Shown here piece after piece: positions 27,574 through 39,986 of a stretch of 64,000 nt of DNA. A program made the translations under genes and the position numbers. Numbering within the stretch: the first letter of the stretch is position 1; each line of letters starts with the position of its first letter. The notes under the pieces were generated by a model. The model had not been told where the DNA came from, did no database searches, and saw only the letters and a list, made by a program, of their open reading frames with translations. This DNA comes from Eledone cirrhosa (lineage: Eukaryota): the NCBI GenBank assembly GCA_964016885.1, contig OZ024742.1:41850001-41914000 (forward strand). Reading direction: 5' to 3'.

Positions 27574-27642
27574 TCGATATAGGAGTAACCAGTCAACTTT
27601 TCTCTATATCAATACATTATCAATTCATTTTAGTAAACCGGT

Positions 27643-27653
27643 CTCTCTCTCTC

Positions 27654-27705
<52 letters not shown>

Positions 27706-27804
27706 CACACACATTATAGAGCCGAGATTGTTCTAGCTTATGATAAATGTTTGTACTCTATTTTCTCTGTGTCATGCACTTTTCCTTCTGGCCGCGCGCG
27801 TGCG

Positions 27805-27872
<68 letters not shown>

Positions 27873-28134
27873 GATAGAGAAAGAAAGAGATGTTACTCGA
27901 CCATTATTCAATTTCATACTTAAGGAAAGTAGTGTAGATATTATAGGATAGGAGGCCCGAGGGTCAATCTTAAACCGTTTCGATGCCATAGAAACGGCTT
28001 AAATTTGACCGTCGGGCATCCTACCTTTATATATATATAATAAGAATTGTGTATATATATATATATATAATAAGAAGAATTGTGTGTGTGTGTGTGTATA
28101 TATATATGTGTGTATATATATATATAATAAGAAT

Positions 28135-28165
<31 letters not shown>

Positions 28166-28170
28166 TTATA
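27643..28170. repeat. Compound TA/TG/CA microsatellite cluster, including a triplicated (TA)n-ATAAGAAT-(TG)n unit
   Basis: Directly visible. Confidence 0.9.
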
Positions 28171-30824
28171 AATACACCATATTTTACATAAACATGATTT
28201 ATAGAAGATAGAGTAATTGATATTAATATCTTTCCAAGAGGAATAGCTGAAGAAAATGGTTTTAAAACGAACTCGGAAATAGGGTCGCGTATTCTATTGA
28301 TCAACAATCTTCTGTCGTGTTTCGAGCACATATGCACATTTCCTGTTAGCATTATTACAATCTAGACACACTTTCGATATTAGTATCTTTAAAAGTTGTA
28401 TAAACAGCAGTTTAAGATATTCCCTATTGAGAAGAGCAGTCTAAACTATTTCTTGATTCATAATGTGGGGCAGCATAATTGGAGAATTATGACACTATTA
28501 TTAATATAGAGTAAGTTTCATTGAATAACACTTCATAACCTCTCCATATATTTGCTTCACAACTTCATTCTGCGGCATTTCAGAACCGCGGTGTCCCTGC
28601 AGTATTTCAACGTTGAACAATTGTTAATGAAGCCAAAATACTGAAATTTGGAACAGAAGCAGTTCCAAATTTAAAGCAAGGAATAAAAGAAATATAAAAA
28701 ATAACCTAACAACCTTGGGACATGAAGAATATCGATGCAACCTTTCGCTTTTCAGAATATTCAATTAAAATTCTGCATAAAATTATAAATTCAATGTTGC
28801 ATAGTCTAATGCACGACTACTTGCACACACACACACACTAGAAGAGAAAAGTAACGTGGAATATTGATACAAGGATTTGTGAATATGCTTATATAATTTG
28901 ATAAAATAATTTATTCTAGTTCGTAACAGAGATCGTTGAGCTTATTGTAAGAAACTAAGACTGTTCGATCACTGCATAGGCACTACACAAACCATTGCAC
29001 CTTTAACAACCTTGTTTGACATTTAAGGCTTTATAGTTTCTCATTCGTAACACATATATAAGCACAGATTTACAAGATAATATATTTTTAGAGGAGATAT
29101 ATCGTCCATCGATTAAATAAACACCCACAACATGCTTAACACTTTTATATTGATTCCCGTCCCCAAGATTGAAAATAAAATTACTCCCGTTGGCATTTGA
29201 ACTCAGAACATTTCAATGACCTACAGTTTCTGCCACCCTACAGAACGAAATCAAGGTATATAATAAAGACAAGTAGTTATTAGTTTAAACACAAATCGAA
29301 CCAAATAATCGTCTTGTTCTACTATCTGTAACTATCTTAAGTTAATTTGATACATTTGCAACTAATTATCTCTCCCGACTTGCTCTAGAACTATGCATAA
29401 AAATCAATCAACAGCAGATTACTTCAACTAGCTGTGTGTAATGCGAGTAAATTGCCATGGTTTCTGACGTTAGTGCGACAAGGAAACGAAAAAACTAGTA
29501 CTTATGCCTTAACTGTAAGCGAAATAAATTGGTTTTGATCGGATAGTCACACCTAAGTACAAACCCGGTTAACCTGGAACATATCGATACCCAGGCACGA
29601 TGTTTTCAAATTGTTAAACATTCAATTTTGACAAACTGATGTTGCAATAATGGGCATTTTTCTACTTTAAAAATCCCAGCATATTAATTAACCAAACTTA
29701 ACATTATTTGAGAAGAATGTCAATTTTATTTGCATTAAATATAGAAAAAAGCACCGGCGTGATTTGATCTCAAATGTAAAATATCGAAACTATTTACATT
29801 GACGTATTTTAGTCAGACGCTCAACTGTTTTATAATGCAGTGATGATAATAATCACGCTTGCCGAAGTACAAATATCCTTATATAAGTGCATGAACGTAA
29901 TCGATATACTTGACACCACCTATCTCTAATTTGTTCTATTGCTCACTCTTCAGGCGGATGAAAAGCGATGTCAATCCCGACAGAATTGAAACTGGGAATA
30001 GAAATCACCAAGCTTCCCTTTGCTCTGCATGATATGTAGTTATGATCTATATATTATACAGAGGTCGTTAAATTTCTAGGAGAAATAGTATTATATAACG
30101 TTTGTATTTTATTTCAAGGTCATCAGTAATATAAATGAAGTGAAATGTTTTAATAAGAAAGAATTAAGCTAGTCGACTCTACTTACCGCTAACATACCTC
30201 TAGCCAATGGCGCTTGGCACGCAAACCTATAATAGAACATTACCTTTTTTTTTTTTTAAATCCAAGGACTTTCAAACTTATTCAGGTTATATAATCTGAA
30301 TTATGAATTTCTCTAAAGAACTTAAATCACTTAAAATCCTTAAATATCCGAACTACTTTTTTTATTTAATAAAAAAAAATAACTCGATAACTAAATTAAC
30401 CCGGTAAAATATTGTAATCTCATGAGTACTAGCTGGTATTTTATTGCACTTCAGAGGTGTAATTCTCAGCACTCGGAAGCAGAGACGCGTTTGGCGCCCG
30501 CCCCCACACATACATTCATTAAGAAGCATGGTATACCAGAAGACATTTTCTACCTGCAATTAGGGGCGGGGCACCATCACTCCTCTCACCCTTCTTGATA
30601 CATCTCTACTGTAATTTTAAAATACCTGATAGTTAATCGATTTGATCTCAGAACTCGGAGAAACGTAATACAATGATTTAGGTGGCACATATCATATGAA
30701 ATGGGTGTGTTTTAAAACTACTAAATAATCATGTTTGCAGCATGTTGATTCACTCTGTTTAACAAGAACAATCTCATTTTACTAATTTTGCACTGCATAT
30801 CATATAACTTTTGTCCTCCAACAG

Positions 30825-31061
30825 AGATCTCCAGCGTCCTCTGTACGTGGACTGCCGTTTTCCTATGCCAAATTGGGACGAAGGGGGCCCCGTGAGGTTG
30901 ACTTGCTGATGCAGCGTGTAGCACTGGATGTTCTCCGCGGCAATGCTTTCTCCATCTTGTCCACGGAGTGCAGCCAAGCGTGTAGAGTTTTCTCCCACCA
31001 AATTCCCCTTCCTCTTTTGTATTTAAAACAAAATCTCCTGAAAATATTAAAAAATAAATAA
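30825..31061 (+). CDS. Candidate exon in a GC-richer island; strand and frame unresolved
   Basis: Branch-point-like ACTAAT at 30781 and pyrimidine tract CTTTTGTCCTCCAACAG| acceptor at 30824. A competing minus-strand acceptor lies at 31037. Confidence 0.3.
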   Translation, partial: RSPASSVRGLPFSYAKLGRRGPREVDLLMQRVALDVLRGNAFSILSTECSQACRVFSHQIPLPLLYLKQNLLKILKNK

Positions 31062-31135
31062 GGATAAAATAGCTATAACTGTAGTCTGCTAGGAAAAATC
31101 AAATATTTACAATGCCAGAGTGTTCACTTCTTTTG

Positions 31136-31180
<45 letters not shown>

Positions 31181-32169
31181 GAATATATATATATATACTT
31201 GGAAGTCAGTTTCTTGGTAACACGGAATTGGTTTAGTGTTTGTAATATACTTGTTTACCTTCCTCCCCATCTCCAATTACGATAGAATGAGGGATCATAG
31301 ACTTATTCGGTGAAGTGCTGCTTATTCATGTTCAGCTTTATCCATACTTTTTAAATATGTGCCAATAGATATGCAGTTATTTGTTAAGCTTTATCAAATA
31401 ATTATAAGGATTCATCACTTTACAAATATCATTTACCCACTCGTTATTACTCGTTCTATTATGAATTCTGACATTAGGTTTGTGATGGTCTATGCTAGTC
31501 ACGGGCAAACTCCGCTCGTTTGGCTTTCTGAATAGCACGCCTAATTTTAAAATTGTTAGTGGTGCGGCCCTCTTATGGTGAGCCATATCCTACGCTGCCC
31601 ATTGCTCGAAATAGGTTGCTCATGCCTCTACTCTTATCCATAAGAATGTGTAGTTACATTACTCTACGTTATCACTTTAAGTCCCTTCAGGTACAGAAAT
31701 AAATTTGATTATATTCTTTCAAAAAGTGTGGTTTTATGCCAATTTCAGATTTATTAGCATAATCACATGGGAAAAAATACAGAACCTGTTGCCGTTAAAG
31801 TGCATTAGTCTTTCTTTCCCATGTCGACTTATAGATAGTAGTCTGACGATAGTATTATAAAGGCAGTATTTCTCAAAAAGGGCACTACCACCACTCTCAG
31901 GAATTGCTTAAACATGCATTTTCTGTTATGTGTGGTATTGTGTTCTCAACTCTTCTGAGTAGCAATATACACTAAGGGTTACTGAAGATAAGGAATTGAC
32001 GAACGTAGCAATTTATTTGTGCGCTCAGCTAGGCGCAAATTGCTACGGCCGTCGCTGGTGGGGCCCCTCACTTCAGGGGTGTCCGAGGCATTGCCCCATT
32101 TGCCCCCCCCCTCCCCCATATTAAATCTGGCCCTGGTCATCTCTCTTTTATAAAGTTTCCACCACTTAC

Positions 32170-32494
32170 ATAATGCAAAGGAATTTACGCTCTTTGTTGT
32201 CTTCCTGTCTTGGTTAATTATCCTTGCTAATTTCTCAGCTGGAACAATAAATGCTTTTGTCATTAATGCCCTTGGTAACGAATGAATGTCAGATAGTCTC
32301 CTTTCCTCTATCTTCTGCAAGCACAAAGTTTCATACTTATGAAAAAAATCAATACCTCTTTGCTGAATGATATCACTACTTTCAGTTTCAATTTTTGTAA
32401 ATCGGACGGTGTATTTCACGTAAAGTAATTTCCGACGACACGCTGCTACAGAACGGCTCAACGCGCAAATTTCAACAAGCCGTAAAATCAACAT
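32170..32494 (-). CDS. Candidate coding exon (108 codons) of an unidentified minus-strand gene
   Basis: Upstream acceptor TGTGCTGCAG| (32548), ATG after an in-frame stop, 108 open codons in AT-rich DNA, ending at a T|GTAAGT donor. No recognisable domain. Confidence 0.35.
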
Positions 32495-35400
32495 CGTTGT
32501 TTTAGTATTCTCGACATAAAAGTTTTAATAAAATTGATATAGTGATTTCTGCAGCACAGACTAATAAATAGATGAGAATGCAGCATAGTAAGTTTAAAGT
32601 GAGATTCATATTTAGTAGCTTTGTTTTGCTATCGTTACACATTGCCATATTTTCTATAGAAGGACATTTCATCGATGTATATAAATATCATTTAAGGAAT
32701 TTTACAATATATATATATTTTTTTTGTTTACACACACACATACTCTCTCTCTCTCTCTACGCACGCACTTTTTGCCTCCTGACATTAAACCACATTGAAG
32801 CTTTTAAAAAGATATTTATTTTCCATGTGACAGTAGAAAGGTTAACTTTGATCTTGCGCTACAATAAGCAAAGTTCTAACGTTGCTCATGCATTTTCATA
32901 CACAAGGGTTTAACTTTGATCTAAAAGCGTAAGCAATTTTTTGTCTATTTCGTGAAATATAAGTTCAGTTGTTAAGCTTGTGATATCCTAGGTAACGTTT
33001 TAACTAGGACCAACCATATTACTCTTCAGCTAAAGGTAGATGCTTCATAGAGGACGTCACTGTCGGCGACTCTTACGTAACTTCATATCCTATATGCCTA
33101 GTTGAACGGGATATACTATTGAAAACCTTGATTTATTGGTAAATTAGATATTTATCAGCCTATTCGAGACGTTTGTGGGAGCTGGGTCGTTGGCATAACT
33201 GAACTATCAGGTGATACTCGTGAAGGTGCTACTCCAGTACCTTAGTCTCTATCATTGCGGTAATGCCGTGTCTTGGCTTGCCTCATTTTTTTTTAGAAGG
33301 TAACACTAGTGTGTAATTAAATATGCACGTCTTAAGTTGTTCTTTTATTTCTTTTCTTTCGGACTCTTTATTATTGATATGTTCTCTTTGTAAATTATAA
33401 ACATTATATAATTTAATACAGGACATTTGTTTGTTGAATAAAATACTTTACAACCTATAGGACTGTCGTATGCAGTTTTATCGTGGTACAATCTGTCTTA
33501 TATTCTACAATCGTAGGTAGAATTCTAACAAGGTTCAATATTGCTTTCCTAATTTTATTATACTTAAAACAAATTAATTTCTAAAGTAGTAGGAAGTATT
33601 GGCATAGTTGTAGTTTAGTGTCCCCTCTCCGACAGGTTTCCTCATCATAGCTTTCTTGAGCTATGAAAATTTGCAGATAGATTTTCCAACGTGTAAATTA
33701 CGATTATATTTACGAAATTTTATAAAAGAAATTAATTTCTTTTCGCAATTCATAATTGTAAAAATGATATTGCATTCCTTTAGAAAATCCGATATCCTGT
33801 TTGTTCATCATGCCTTCCAATTTCATGCTGTTAATGAATATTACCAAATTTCCGAGTTTTTGTGTAGCCTACTAGTAACCAACAAAACTATTTACAATGA
33901 TGAAAGTATTTTTTAAAATTATTACTTTGAACATATTCATAATGTACACCGTGGAAAGTGTATCTGCAAAATTTCATTTTAAAATATGCATTATTAAGAA
34001 AGCTATGAGGAAATAATCTAGTCATGCCGGTAGAATCTGGTTTGGAGCTGCGTATTGAAATAATGGCCCCTCTGCGTCTGCAGCAGGAATTGAAACCAAC
34101 ACTGCAAGGTAGCAAAACACGAGTCAGTTTTTAACAGTTAATACATGCGCCTGTATAAAGAATGCTGAACCCTACTTGTTTAACATAACTTAATGACGGA
34201 CATTGTTACAATGTATTGTTGTTGTTTACTCTCTCTCTCTCTTTCTCAGAGAGAGGGGTCTGTATTTACAACTCAGTTTAAATGTTAGTCCACTTCGTGG
34301 TGTCGGCGGAGAATGCTGAGGGAGACAGGCTGGAAGTCTCCACTGATCACTGTTTACAACAGTTAGCTGATATTTTTCTCTCCCACTTCCCGTGCTCCTT
34401 ACTTATAGCTAGTTGAACTGGGAGTTACATATTTCACTGCAGTCTCACACTATCCAAGTGCAACGAAAGACTTACAAACTTTAGTGCCATTACTGTTTAG
34501 AACAACCAGTTTTTAGAAAAATATATTCCATCTCTTGGTTTAGTTTACTCTTTTACCTGTTTCAGCCATCCGGCTGAGGCCATGCTGGGGCACCGCCCTT
34601 GAAAAACTTTTTATCCATACGATTAGTTAAATTCGTTAATACAATAAACACAAGAAATCACGACTTGCCATGCAAAAGTGTCATGATCCTGATGGACATA
34701 ATGGCGAATGCTACATTAAGGACGACGAGAGAAGTACGTTAAAGAGCCAGTTCTTCTTGTTTGTGTTATTACGGACAGCCATCTACATCCTGATCGAAAC
34801 GACAAGGAAGGTGGTGGGGATTTCTTTTATATTTTAAATTGATAAATTGAATGTTGGAGTGGTGAAATTTTCATAAATCAAAAGCCGGCTAGTTGGGATG
34901 AATTGATGTTGAAGCCTTTGGAAATAATCAAATACAACTTATAAATATTACTAATATATTACACTTTTATGAACTTTTTATCACCGTAACGAACCGACGA
35001 TTCTACTACCAGACCGTTGAACCTGCTACAAACAGCAGCCAAACCTCCCTCTGATCACTGTCTTTAAAAAAAGAAGGGCACCTTGGAAAATATAGTCTGT
35101 TATACAAAATGACAGGATATTCACAACGAGAACGATTTTGATCATTGGCCTAATTGATCAAGGCGAGCCTGAGACTAAACAACACTTGATTCTTTCAGGC
35201 TTTAAAACAATTTTTTTTTTGTAAATCATTAACATTATGCATTTAATACATACCATTTTAAAGCGTATATGAGAAAATAAAATTGTTTAAATTTTACAAT
35301 GGATATATTGATAATGTCCTTGATAAACTAGAATTGAGAAACAACTGTCTTAATATTTCTCTTGAAATAATGAATTGTATCGCACATCACTAAACAAATA

Positions 35401-35758
35401 ACATATATTTGACCTTGTTAATCTCCTTGAAAGTGTTTAAAAATCACTTTTTTGAAAATGCAAGGTTTGAATGTAAAATAGCAGATCTTTCTTTCTTTCT
35501 TTCTTTCTCTCTCTTCTCGGCATATAAAGGATTATAAGCTCAGATCAGCTCAATTTTGTAAGAGACAGACGGCAAAGCTTATAAAGCGATGAGGTGAAGA
35601 TGTAGATTATTCCAATTAGAAATATGATTAGCTTGAGAATAAATCAATAGTTTTATTTGTATTTATGTGGAAGTATATTTATAAACCGTTATATATACGC
35701 ACACATATCAGTGTATCCCTGTCAAAGGAGAAAATTTATAAACCTGTATATACGCAGT

Positions 35759-35867
35759 CAGTGCCAGATTTAATCATAAATTAAAAGTTAGAGCTTAGGA
35801 CCTCAAAAATATATTCAACTTTAGCAAAATCTGACTTAGTTTTTTTAACAGTCTAAATCCGGCTCAG
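35759..35867. mobile_element. Short hAT-like MITE; a related terminus is at 32121-32135
   Basis: CAGTGCCAGATTTA...TAAATCCGGCTCAG imperfect TIRs. Flanking 8-mers TACGCAGT/CACACAGC could be a decayed TSD. Confidence 0.4.
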
Positions 35868-36297
35868 CACACAGCCATATCAATTCTGTTTTCTGTCAAA
35901 GTACAATGTTTATGAAAGTAATGAATAAAAGCAGTGTTCAGATTTCTAAACTGTAATCTTCACTCACTAGTGCCATCAACTTACAACATAAACATTCCTA
36001 TGCATAACTACTGCTTTGTGTCACTCCCTCTATTTGATTTTGGCAGATACGTTTTCGAAGGTGTAGATTACAATTACTTTGATGAAATTTAAAACATTAA
36101 AAAAAAAACCAAATTTTTATTTGGAGAAAATATTGCATTCCTGTAGAAAACCTGACATTATCACGTTGGATATTATTCATTATCAATATAAACTTGGAAG
36201 GTATGATAAAAATAAAAAAATACCGCGTTTATGTTTAGCCGTAACAACAAATCAAAAATATTCGGAACTATATACAATAATGAAAATATTTTAAAAT

Positions 36298-36567
36298 GGT
36301 CTTTGGGGTAATGTTACTCGATAGAGTGCGTAGCTTGGAAACCAGGGAGTCGCTCCATGTGGAGCTGTTATTTCTCCACGTCGAAAGATCACAGCTCCGA
36401 TACTACGGTCATGTGATTAGAATATCTAAGGAAAGAATCACTGGACAGATTTTATAGGCAAAGCCAGCCGCCAGAAGACCCAGGACAGACCACAAGCAAG
36501 ATGGTTGGATAACATTCATGAGCTCGGTTGGTCATGTTTGGGGATCTATGCAGATCATTTACAGACG
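36298..36567 (+). pseudogene. RTE-clade LINE ORF C-terminal fragment
   Basis: Translates as VFGVMLLDRVRSLETRESLHVELLFLHVERSQLRYYGHVIRISKERITGQIL*AKPAARRPR..RPQARWLDNI, matching the RTE LRW.GHV.R...GRP..RW.D motif. Confidence 0.75.
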
Positions 36568-37562
36568 GTAATTTTTCTAGGTTGTCCCTGTTGATTTTAT
36601 TTTTTTTTTTACAAACCAGAATTAGTCGTTTAGCTTACTTAAGACCCCAACCAATTGAATTTATTTAAAAACTTATGGGATTTCTAGTCATGTACTTTTT
36701 CTTTTTCGTCATGTATGTTTTTTAATGTATAAAGAAAATTAAATTTCGAAGTAGATATATTAGCAAAATTTAATAAACGGGTGTGGAGGATGAAAAATTC
36801 TGACAAATTAATAAGATGGAAGGGGTGTGATTATTCGAAACCCGAGTGTACAAATTTTTGATTACATGTTTGCACATCATTACGCATTTACATTTGAATC
36901 CAACGAGATTTCTGTGCGAATCAACACAGAACTATAACGAACGCCTTGTATGTCAAGCAAATTCAGTCGAAAACTTGCATAATAGGGGTCTACATTTATA
37001 TATACTTCCTTCAGGAAATTGTTATAGGATTATTACTGCATGAGTTGCCGTCTCCTTGCTGTCTTCCGCCTGTAAAAAAAAAAGAAAACTGTCATGTACT
37101 CTACAGAAGGGCAGTGCTCCTATGATGGACAGAAAAGAAAATCACGTTAGAGAGGGGAAAATTGTCATTTTATGTATATACTATAAATAAACTAAATTAA
37201 TAAAACAATATTTTATGTCGCTTATTAGCTGACGATGCATAACTTGTACTCGACGACAGCTTAATTAATATAATGGCATTACAAGTTAGTGTGTGTGGGG
37301 GGGGGGGGGGGGGGGCAGAAAGGCTTTCTTCTTAAAACAGAAACAAAAATAAATCATTTATTATTTCTGCAATTATATTTTTATTTTTATTTTTTACTTG
37401 CATATGCCATTATCCGGTTTCAACTTGATCATCTTTGAATAGGTGTTTCGATTGAAAGCGGGAATTCGAGAAGGTTAGGTGAATTTAAGGCGATAGTATA
37501 AACTTAACATTTGATATAGCCGACAATAAAACTGAAAGTTGGCGAGTTTGAGAGTTGTGGTT

Positions 37563-38126
37563 TGGCAGTCTTGTCAGGACAAACGCTAAACATATGGTTT
37601 CGCAGAGTCGTGTCAGGACAAACGCTAAACATATGGTTTCGCAGAGTCGTGTCAGGACAAACGCTAAACATATGGTTTCGCAGAGTCGTGTCAGGACAAA
37701 CGCTAAACATATGTATAGCGAGATTACTGGGTTGTATGAATGTAACAAAACGAGACATGGTTTGTGTGTATAATATTTAATTAACAATGGTAGATAGTAT
37801 AGTTGACATGTCAAAGATGAGGATGATGTTAGAATGAAGCAAAGTTAGTAGTTACCGTTTTGATTGCCAGGCAATGGTGGCTGGCAGAGGACGCCTGGCT
37901 AAGGCCAGGCGCCTATTGGCCAAATGAATGGCAGAGCCCAATGAGAGGCTCTTGACCTGGTGCCGAAAAGGCAATGAGAGTTAGAAAGCTTAAAGTTGTT
38001 AGTTTTATAGGGCTCTGACCGGAAGTTGCAGAAAGGGTTCTACTTCCCGTCTAGATCCCAATCAAAACAAGGGAGACAACCGCTACATATGGTTTAGCAG
38101 AGTCGTGTCAGGACAAACGCTTAACA
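37563..38126. repeat. 39-bp tandem repeat (about 5 units) interrupted by a solo LTR
   Basis: Unit GCAGAGTCGTGTCAGGACAAACGCTAAACATATGGTTTC at 37563-37713, resuming in register at 38088-38126. Confidence 0.9.
37714..38087 (-). mobile_element. Solo LTR, Ty3/Gypsy-like, 374 bp
   Basis: Ends T(A)TAGCG...CGCTACA form inverted TGTAGCG termini with one G>A change. 4-bp TSD TATG at 37710-13 and 38088-91. Minus strand carries TATAAAA near 38003-38009. Confidence 0.7.
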
Positions 38127-39309
38127 GTATTTGTTCCGGTTCTTCCCTCTGAGGTCAAATTTGCCTTTCATTCTTCTAAGGTCAATAAAATAAAGTACCA
38201 GTAAAGTACAGATGTCAATAAAATCGACTTTCCTTTCCCCACAAGATGACTAGCATTGTGCCAAAAATTACAAACCATCGCTATAATCCGCGGTAATGCT
38301 GCCAGTGTGTTGACTTGCATCAAAAAGTATTATTACACTCATTGTGGTGACTTAATATTTTCTTTCGTTTAAATTCTATATTTTCGTGTGAACGACCCTC
38401 CAAATTAGGCAAACTGAATGCAAACCAGCCACCAAATGGGGAAAACGGGCGTTTATCAAGCTGCAGCTTCTATATAATAAATCTATTATCTGCACTGACC
38501 ACAACGACATCGTGTTCAACCTTCTTAGTTGTCTCTCGACTTTAAACCCTCAAACTATCCACCTAGATGGCATGATGCTGTGCAACACAACATAAAAACA
38601 ACAAATCCAAGCCATTAAAGAAATAAACGAAATGCACCTAAGATGAATATCACAAAATACGATATCAAAAGATGACACAAAAGCCATAAACTTCAATGTC
38701 ATTATTTACATACATATAAATGTGTTTGTGCATAGAACACTAAAAAAAACCCACAGAAGTCAGGCATAGGTAGATAGTTGGTTCATTGTTTTACGATCGT
38801 TTCAGAGGACACATTGAGCTCTAACGTTATCAGCCCCACTACAAATAGGTGGATTATGGTACATATAAATATACACACATGAATGCAAAACATAATTAAG
38901 ACTAAATTATATATACACCAACATACATGTACAAATAAGATCAAATACGCAAATAGAAATTTGCAAAATTATTCAACAAAATAAAGAGACCTACCACAGA
39001 CTAACTTTCATTTCTTAAGAACACGGCTATCCCTTCTGGCTAACGCAAAAAAAAAATAATAGAAATAAAACAAAGACAGAAAGAAACAAGAAAATAAAAA
39101 AATCAATGACATTAGCCATCCCTTCAACCTTTGCCCTATTGCTAACATCACTCATGGCATTTTGATCAAATATTGACCAAAATCAGTAGAAATCCCATTA
39201 AATTTATTACTTATGTTATCCCTAATCCTTAACTCTGACAAAACCTATAACTCTAAAGTGTCTATATACAATGAATCCAGTGAATAGGATGAGATATTTT
39301 CATTTTCTT

Positions 39310-39498
39310 TAACTATATCCAACCAGAATTCTCTCAGCTCTTTCTGTTCAAACTGACCATAACAGACCACGCATACTGATGTTAAGGTATTGTTCTCAAA
39401 ATAAATAATATCAAAATCTCATACATTTGATATTATGTGAGGTAAAGCCTTTACTGTGAAAATATAATATTATATATAGAGTAATGTTAAAGGGTTAA
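39310..39498. mobile_element. TTAA MITE family A, piggyBac-like, left end decayed
   Basis: Same body as 57201-57422; ends AAAGGGTTAA. Confidence 0.8.
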
Positions 39499-39729
39499 TA
39501 GAATTCTATTGTCAAGGAAACAAACTATTATATTGGCGTTTCTGAAACTGAGAATTGTTTTTAGACTCATGAGATCAGTGTTCATCAGCAAAAGTTAGTA
39601 GGCTCCCAACAATCAGAATATAGAGACAAAATATTGAGAATACATGGCAACAGAGATTTATTCAATTGTACATACACAAATTTTTAGGAAGAAATGTATT
39701 TTGCTGTAATTATTTTGCCCATACCATAG

Positions 39730-39986
39730 TTGGAGGTGCATGGCCTAGTGGTAAGGATGTTGGACTTATGATCATAATGCCATGGGCTGGGTTGTGTGTT
39801 GTGTTCTTGAACAAAACACTTCATTTCATGTTGCTCCAGTATACTCAGATGAAAATGAGTACCAGCAATAGCTGGGTGTTTAACCCTGCGATGAACTGGC
39901 GTCCTGTCCAGGGGGAAGTCTTGTACTCTGTCGTTTCACCGGGATAAGCACCAGCCTAATGAGCTTTCTGGCTTAAGACTGACTTT
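39730..39986 (+). mobile_element. tRNA-derived SINE with CORE-like and Meta-like central domains
   Basis: A-box TGGCCTAGTGG, CORE-like GTGTTCTTGAACAAAACACTTCATTTC, then AACCCTGCGATGAACTGGCGTCCTGTCCAGGGG. 9-bp TSD ATACCATAG at 39721-29 and 39987-95. Confidence 0.85.

Noticed and set aside
39732-39800. tRNA genes at SINE heads (also 55899, 56065, 63375)
   Set aside because: A/B-box-like motifs continue into SINE bodies with TSDs and do not form complete cloverleaves.
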